Of a DNA stretch of 32,000 nt, positions 27,376-32,000 are shown in pieces. A program made the position numbers and the translations under genes. How positions within the stretch are numbered: the first letter of the stretch is position 1; every line of letters begins with the position of its first letter. The notes below the pieces were generated by a model. It made no database searches. It was not told the DNA's origin and worked only from the letters and a program-made list of their open reading frames with translations. Origin of the DNA: Okeania sp. (GTDB lineage Bacteria > Cyanobacteriota > Cyanobacteriia > Cyanobacteriales > Microcoleaceae); NCBI RefSeq assembly GCF_035285525.1, contig NZ_JAYKGW010000052.1, forward strand, positions 19,525-51,524, read 5' to 3'.

Positions 27376-27770
27376 AAAATACTCCCACTGTTTTGTTGGA
27401 TAAAATATATGTAGGGGTTGGGTCTCCAAACCCTTTGAAAATACCCCTAAATCCCCCTTTGAAAGGGGGAGTTTTTTTTGAGATGTTTCTCTTTGGAAGG
27501 GGGGCTTTTTTTGAGATATTTTCCTTTGGGGCTTTTTTAAGAGTAAGGGAGCAAAATACTCCCACTGTTTTGTTGGATAAATAATTAAAAGTAAATATGT
27601 AGGGGTGGGGTTTCCCAACCCTTTATCCCCTTAAATCCCCCTTTGAAAGGGGGAGTTTTTTTTGAGATGTTTCCCTTTGGAAAGGGGGCTTTTTTTGAGA
27701 TATTTTCCTTTGAAAAGAAGACTTTATTGTTAATTATCCCCCCTTTGAAAGGGGGGCAGGGGGGATAGAA
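27376..27770. repeat. Two tandem ~177-bp units plus a partial third, each with stacked terminator-like hairpins
   Basis: Unit A starts at 27376 and unit B at 27553, both with AAAATACTCCCACTGTTTTGTTGGATAAA. Each unit then has GTAGGGGT(T/G)GGGT.TCC.AACCC and TCCCCCTTTGAAAGGGGGA+T8. Next come a CCCTTTGGAAAGGGGG+T7 hairpin (degenerate, CTCTTTGGAAGGGGGG+T7, in unit A) and a degenerate third hairpin. An extra CCCCCCTTTGAAAGGGGGG lies at 27738..27756. Confidence 0.85.
27452..27479 (+). terminator. Rho-independent terminator downstream of the 193-aa gene; first of the hairpin stack
   Basis: TCCCCCTTT-G-AAAGGGGGA has 9-nt complementary arms (27452..27470), followed by G plus T8 (27472..27479). An identical copy lies at 27636..27663. 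Confidence 0.6.
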
Positions 27771-27920
27771 AACTGAAACTCTTACCTGTTCCCTGTTCCC
27801 TAAAAATAACTAAATTTTTGACACAAATAAAATAGGATTGCTATATGATTGAAAATATTAGTAAATTGAAAAGTAAAGTCAAATCAAAATGAAACGATAC
27901 TTACAAATATTAAAATTATT

Positions 27921-28670
27921 TTGGGGGCAGCGATCGCTGCTGAATTAGAATATCGCTTCAATTTTATTATTGCAGCTATTAGTAGTATTGGCAGTTTATT
28001 TGGTAGCTTATTTGGTTTATTTCTATTTTATAGAACTGGCTACAAATTTGAAGGTTGGAGTTGGGAAGAAGCTTTAATTATTCTCGCAATTTTTACTATT
28101 TTACAAGGTCTTTCCGCAACTTTTTTAATTCCTAATTTGAATCGAATAGTGGAACAGGTACAAGAAGGTACTCTAGATTTTGTTCTCCTTAAACCTATTA
28201 GTAGTCAATTTTGGCTTTCTACTCGAACAGTTTCTCCCTGGGGAATACCAGATATAATTTTTGGTACTTTTCTGTTAGGATATACTGGTAATAAACTAGG
28301 GTTAAGATTAAGCGATTATTTATTCAGTATAATGCCACTGTTCTGTGGAATAATTATTCTTTATAGTCTCTGGTTTATGTTGGGTTCTACCAGTATTTGG
28401 TTCGTCAAAATTTATAATGTAACAGAAGTCCTCAGAGGTTTATTAGAAGCAGGAAGATATCGAATGGGTGCTTACCCTAATGCTTATCGTTTCTTTTTTA
28501 CTTTTCTTGTACCAGTGGCATTTTTAACTACTGTACCAGCTCAAGCTATATTAGGGAGGGTTGGAGGTAGTTGGATATTAGGTTCTTTTGTTTTAGCAGG
28601 TGGATTATTTTTTGCTTCTATTCAATTTTTGCGACTGGCTTTGCGCTATTATACAAGTGTTTCTAGTTAA
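27921..28670 (+). CDS. ABC-2 family transporter permease (DUF990/ABC2_membrane_6-like), N-terminus possibly frameshifted
   Basis: The translation AAELEYRFNFIIAAI...LDFVLLKPIS.QFW, with six hydrophobic segments, fits this permease family. The first canonical start in frame is TTG 27921. A family-like N-terminus, MKRYLQILKLFW, is encoded from ATG 27889 in the +1 frame. Confidence 0.75.
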   Translation: MGAAIAAELEYRFNFIIAAISSIGSLFGSLFGLFLFYRTGYKFEGWSWEEALIILAIFTILQGLSATFLIPNLNRIVEQVQEGTLDFVLLKPISSQFWLSTRTVSPWGIPDIIFGTFLLGYTGNKLGLRLSDYLFSIMPLFCGIIILYSLWFMLGSTSIWFVKIYNVTEVLRGLLEAGRYRMGAYPNAYRFFFTFLVPVAFLTTVPAQAILGRVGGSWILGSFVLAGGLFFASIQFLRLALRYYTSVSS

Positions 28671-28917
28671 AAAATAGGAAGTTTGGGGAGTGTGGGAAGT
28701 CTGGGAAAAAATCCGTCATTTTCTTGCCTCCTAATTCAGTAAAAATTAAGTAAAAGGTACTAAAAATTAATCGCTGATTATAGTGATATTAAATGATTTG
28801 TGACAGAAAAATTGTAGGGGTTTGGTCTCCCAACCCTAACATAAATGAGATTGGGAAACCCAACCCCGTTGGTTCAAATATTAAAAATTATTTAGGACTG
28901 GTATAGCTGTAAAAGAT

Positions 28918-29007
28918 ATGGAAAAAAATCAATTTTTAGATGAATTTGAAAAAAGTTTAGATTGGGAAGAATTACTAGGAAAAATCAAAGCAGAACTAGA
29001 AGAATAA
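28918..29007 (+). other. 29-codon mini-ORF: duplicated 5' fragment of the 29471 gene
   Basis: It reads MEKNQFLDEFEKSLDWEELLGKIKAELEE*, compared with MEKNQFLHEFEKSLDSEELLEKIKAEQQEE... in the full gene. The middle copy (ATG 29195) has TAA as its second codon. Confidence 0.5.
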
Positions 29008-29426
29008 ATTTCTGAGAATTGATAAGTTATTATGATAATTATAAATAATTTGTGACAGAAAAATTGTAGGGGTTTGGTCTCCCAACCCTAACATAAATGA
29101 GATTGGGAAACCCAACCCCGTTGGAGCAAATGTTAGAACTTATTTAGGAATGGTATAGTTATAGAAAATACTGATAACTGATAATTGATTAGCTATGTAA
29201 AAAAATCAACTTTTAGATGAATTTGAAAAAAGTTTAGATTGGGAAGAATTACTAGGAAAAATCAAAGCAGTACCAGAAGAATAAATTTCTGAGAATTGAT
29301 AAGTTATTATGATAATTATAAATAATTTGTGACAGAAAATTGTAGGGGTTTGGTCTCCCAACTCTAATATAAATCAGATTGGGATACCAAACCCCGTTGG
29401 ATAAAATGTTAGAACTTATTTAGGAA

Positions 29427-29435
29427 TGGTATAGT
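29427..29435 (+). promoter_or_regulatory. Candidate extended -10 element TGGTATAGT for the gene at 29471
   Basis: TGnTATAGT lies 36 nt upstream of the ATG. It is repeated in the other two units (TGGTATAGT near 29152, TGGTATAGC near 28900). There is no convincing -35. Confidence 0.3.
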
Positions 29436-29470
29436 TATAGAAAATACTGATAATTGATAACTAATTAGCT

Positions 29471-30220
29471 ATGGAAAAAAATCAATTTTTACATGAATTT
29501 GAAAAAAGTTTAGATTCGGAAGAATTACTAGAAAAAATCAAAGCAGAACAACAAGAAGAAGAAATTTATGAGGAAAAAATGTTTTCCCAGAAGCTCTTTA
29601 TCATCTTGTTAACATCTATTTTAATGATAGAGGTAGGAATAGTTGTATATGCTCTACAAGCAAGTCAAAAAATAGTTATTGTTTCTCCAGAAGAAAAAGC
29701 TCTTTTAGAACAACAGCAAGCTGAAAAAGATATCAAAGAAGCAAAAAGACTATCTGCCACATCTAAAAGAACAATTAGATATCCTCCACTACCTTTAGCT
29801 ACTTGGGAAGAAGCAGAAACAGACTTATTAGAATCAATTAAATTATTAGAAGAAATTCCTAAAGATACTACTGTCAAAAAAGAAGCTAATAAACTCTTGG
29901 CAATTTACCGTCAAGATTATCAGAATCTCCGCGAAAAACTAATTCTTGAAAAAACGGCAACTTCTAAATTATTTACTGCTAAAAAGTCAGCTATAGAAGC
30001 AAGTACAATTGTGCAAAATCCACCTCATCCTTTAGATGTTTGGCAAGAAGCTCAAACTAAATGGCAAGAGGCTATAAATTTACTTCAACAAATACCTCCA
30101 GATGCTTTTGTTGCTCCTGAAGCTTTAGAAAAATTAGACCTTTATCGAATTAACTATCGGGCAGTTACTACTCAATTGGAAAGAGGGAACAAGGAACAAG
30201 GAGCAGGGAATAAGCAATAG
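29471..30220 (+). CDS. Single-pass membrane protein with two W-x-E-A...LL..IP...Y repeat modules
   Basis: It has an acidic N-terminus and a TM segment, LFIILLTSILMIEVGIVVYAL. The two homologous ~50-aa modules are PLATWEEAETDLLESIKLLEEIPKDT...LAIYRQDYQNL and PLDVWQEAQTKWQEAINLLQQIPPDA...LDLYRINYRAV. Confidence 0.7.
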   Translation: MEKNQFLHEFEKSLDSEELLEKIKAEQQEEEIYEEKMFSQKLFIILLTSILMIEVGIVVYALQASQKIVIVSPEEKALLEQQQAEKDIKEAKRLSATSKRTIRYPPLPLATWEEAETDLLESIKLLEEIPKDTTVKKEANKLLAIYRQDYQNLREKLILEKTATSKLFTAKKSAIEASTIVQNPPHPLDVWQEAQTKWQEAINLLQQIPPDAFVAPEALEKLDLYRINYRAVTTQLERGNKEQGAGNKQ

Positions 30221-30603
30221 GCAATAGAGATAAGTCGTTGATTTTATTTTTGATTTTGGGAGTCGTCTAATAATCAGCATTAAAGTATCCTGTTTTATCC
30301 ATAGATAATTGATAATTAGGGCTTACTAAAAAAGTCTTTTAGAAAGGGGGATAAGTCAGGATTAAACCCACCCATAACCCCTCCCAGGAGGGGAAGTCAG
30401 AAGTCATAATTTAGCTGGAGTGAGTGAGAAGTTAGTGGTCAGAATTATCCCTTGATTTTTTGGAAATAATTAGCTAAAAATCCTATAATTTTGAGAATTA
30501 AGACCTAAAAGCTTGCACTTTTTCCATACCTAAAAATGCTATAACTATTAGAATGTAAATACTTTCATCTTTAATCAGCAAACCCTAATTAGAGATGGTT
30601 TAA

Positions 30604-30631
30604 TTATTCATTATTCATTATTCATTATTTT
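30604..30631. repeat. Heptamer tract TTATTCA x3 plus TTATTTT, upstream of the MscS gene
   Basis: Read directly. It ends 2 nt before the AGGAGA ribosome-binding site of the next gene. Confidence 0.8.
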
Positions 30632-30645
30632 AGGAGACTTAAAAA

Positions 30646-32000
30646 ATGTTAGCAGTACAAAACTTTTTAGTTATTATAGGAGAAATTGGTCTAATACTCT
30701 TGATTTTTGTGGCAGTTAATTGGTTAGTTAAACAAATTTTTGCACAACTAATTAAAGCTACTTCTAGCAAGAAAATTAAAATCACAATGCAGAAAATCCA
30801 AATGAGTACCCGAGCTGCATTAACTATAGGTAGTGCATTATTCGGTATACTCATATTAGGACTCAATAGTTGGCTCATATATCAGGGAGAAAACTTATTA
30901 GAATACACAAAGTCATTTATTAACAGTATACCTGAAGAATTTTGGGTGAATTTGGGTATGGGAGCAGGTAGAAGTTTGTTGTTGCTATTCTTATTAGCTG
31001 GAACTCAACCTTTGCTCCAACGTTTAATAGATAATCTCTGCGATCGCACCAAAAGATTTGAACATATTACAGCGAACGATGACAGTATAGAATCATTTTA
31101 TGATTTTCTCAGTCTGAACTTAATTAACATTCTCTGGTTATCGAGTTTAGCTTTATGCACTCAATTTATCCAACTTCCAGAACTAATTACCCAGTATATG
31201 TTTATTGGTCTCAGAATATATGTCATTATTACAGTTGGCATACTTTTGGTTAAAGGTAATATTGTAATTATTGAGACCTTAAAAGCTCTAAGTGAAAAAT
31301 ACTCTGGTCCTAGCAGACTACTAAATTTATATAATAGCTTGAGTCATCTCATCCCTTTGTCAAAGCGTTGTCTAGAGTATGTAATATACCTGTCGATGGC
31401 AAGTCTAGTATTTCAGCAACTGGAGTTCATTTCCTACTTAGCCAAAATTGGTCCTAAAATCATACAAATTGTGGCTATATTTTATACCAGTCGTGTCATT
31501 GAGGAGGTAGGGAAACTTTTAGCGAGAAAACTGTTACTCAGTGATGACGAAGAGTCAGACGAAACTAGCAGGAAGAGAAGAGAGACTCTTTTGCCATTGT
31601 TTGATAGCACCCTCAAATATATAGTCTATCTTGGTGCAATGATTGGTATTCTTGGTGTCGTCGGGATCGATCCTACTCCTGTACTTGCAGGTGCTGGTAT
31701 TCTGGGTTTGGGTGTGAGTATGGGAGCGCAAAGTATTGTTGAAGATGTGGTAGCTGGTTTATTTAATTTGTTTGAAGGTTACTACTTAGTTGGTGATTTT
31801 GTGGAGCTTGATGATATCAAAGGTTATGTTACTGCTATTGAGTTGAAAACTACTCGTATTAGTTTTGAGGATAAGGACTATATTATTCGTAATGGTGAAA
31901 TTGGTAGCATTATTAACTATTCTAGATATAGTGAAGCAGTTGTCAGTGTTAATGTTAATTATGATGCTAATCTCAATCATGTTTACCAAGTTATAGAAGC
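30646..32000 (+). CDS. MscS-family mechanosensitive channel; C-terminal end runs off the window
   Basis: The ATG at 30646 has AGGAGA 8 nt upstream, and the frame stays open to the window edge (451 codons). There are several N-terminal TM segments. The MscS pore-helix and beta-domain signature is GAGILGLGVSMGAQSIVEDVVAGLFNLFEGYYLVGDFVEL...GYVTAIELKTTRI. It is not in the supplied track because it has no stop in the window. Confidence 0.8.
   Translation, partial: MLAVQNFLVIIGEIGLILLIFVAVNWLVKQIFAQLIKATSSKKIKITMQKIQMSTRAALTIGSALFGILILGLNSWLIYQGENLLEYTKSFINSIPEEFWVNLGMGAGRSLLLLFLLAGTQPLLQRLIDNLCDRTKRFEHITANDDSIESFYDFLSLNLINILWLSSLALCTQFIQLPELITQYMFIGLRIYVIITVGILLVKGNIVIIETLKALSEKYSGPSRLLNLYNSLSHLIPLSKRCLEYVIYLSMASLVFQQLEFISYLAKIGPKIIQIVAIFYTSRVIEEVGKLLARKLLLSDDEESDETSRKRRETLLPLFDSTLKYIVYLGAMIGILGVVGIDPTPVLAGAGILGLGVSMGAQSIVEDVVAGLFNLFEGYYLVGDFVELDDIKGYVTAIELKTTRISFEDKDYIIRNGEIGSIINYSRYSEAVVSVNVNYDANLNHVYQVIE

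Larger units (their letters stand above)
28791..29470. repeat. Tandem triplication (~252-287 bp units) of the upstream region and first 29 codons of the gene at 29471
   Basis: TGTGACAGAAAA(A)TTGTAGGGGTTTGGTCTCCCAAC starts at 28799, 29051 and 29338. ATGGAAAAAAATCAATTTTTAGATGAATTTGAAAAAAGTTTAGAT-type starts lie at 28918, 29195 and 29471. Each unit carries a 17-bp imperfect hairpin, GGGGTTTGGTCTCCCAA...TTGGGAAACCCAACCCC. Confidence 0.9.

Noticed and set aside
27341-27618. ORFs 27341..27565 (-), 27346..27618 (-) and 27393..27584 (+)
   Set aside because: They read through the tandem hairpin units, giving repeated KKAP/KGG peptides. They are artefacts of the repeat structure.
27376-29470. Possible CRISPR arrays (regularly spaced palindromic repeats at 27.4-27.8 kb and 28.8-29.5 kb)
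   Set aside because: The whole ~177-bp and ~277-bp units are repeated, including the would-be spacers, so there are no unique spacers. There are only 2-3 copies and no cas genes. The units contain T-runs or a gene 5' end. These are tandem duplications, not CRISPR.
1-32000. tRNA, rRNA, tmRNA, RNase P, transposase, integrase or phage genes
   Set aside because: I scanned the long intergenic regions for T-loop-like GGTTCGAAT/GTTCAAAT contexts and cloverleaf-sized GC-rich blocks, and the ORF track for DDE, tyrosine or serine recombinase motifs. None was found. The one GGTTCAAAT (28871) is inside a tandem-repeat unit and has no acceptor stem.

Overview
This 32-kb chromosomal segment looks like a filamentous (Nostocales-type) cyanobacterium. 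It is AT-rich and has more than 15 copies of the HIP1 octamer GCGATCGC. It also has many heptameric STRR tracts (TAACTGA/CAGTTAT, TTCTGCC, TTATTCA), and small palindromic dispersed repeats or MITE-like elements sit in almost every intergenic region. Gene content, left to right: a partial DUF1838-like gene; remnants of AAA/STAND-type ATPase gene(s); exbB and exbD; a roughly 1950-aa CBS-PAS-GAF hybrid histidine kinase (pseudo-receiver, receiver, Hpt); a class-I cysteine desulfurase; hflX; a TerB-like plus SAM-methyltransferase pair; a DNA methyltransferase followed by a broken PD-(D/E)XK-like nuclease gene and an XPB-like SF2 helicase; a secreted hypothetical protein; TPR gene remnants; a Zn-ribbon Ser/Thr kinase with a polytopic C-terminus; an orphan 193-aa gene; a lone ABC-2 permease; a repeat-containing membrane protein; and a partial MscS channel. 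I saw no rRNA, tRNA, CRISPR array, transposase or phage genes. Five loci deserve a second look. (1) The methyltransferase / decayed nuclease / XPB-like helicase cluster at 18.2-22.3 kb. (2) Two roughly 177-bp tandem units, each stacking terminator-like hairpins, at 27.4-27.8 kb. (3) A tandem triplication of the promoter and 5' end of a gene at 28.8-29.5 kb. (4) 1-nt homopolymer deficits that split two genes; these may be assembly errors. (5) In-frame repeat insertions and tandem duplications in several coding regions. All family assignments rest on motifs I read in the translations and on memory of those families. No database search was run.
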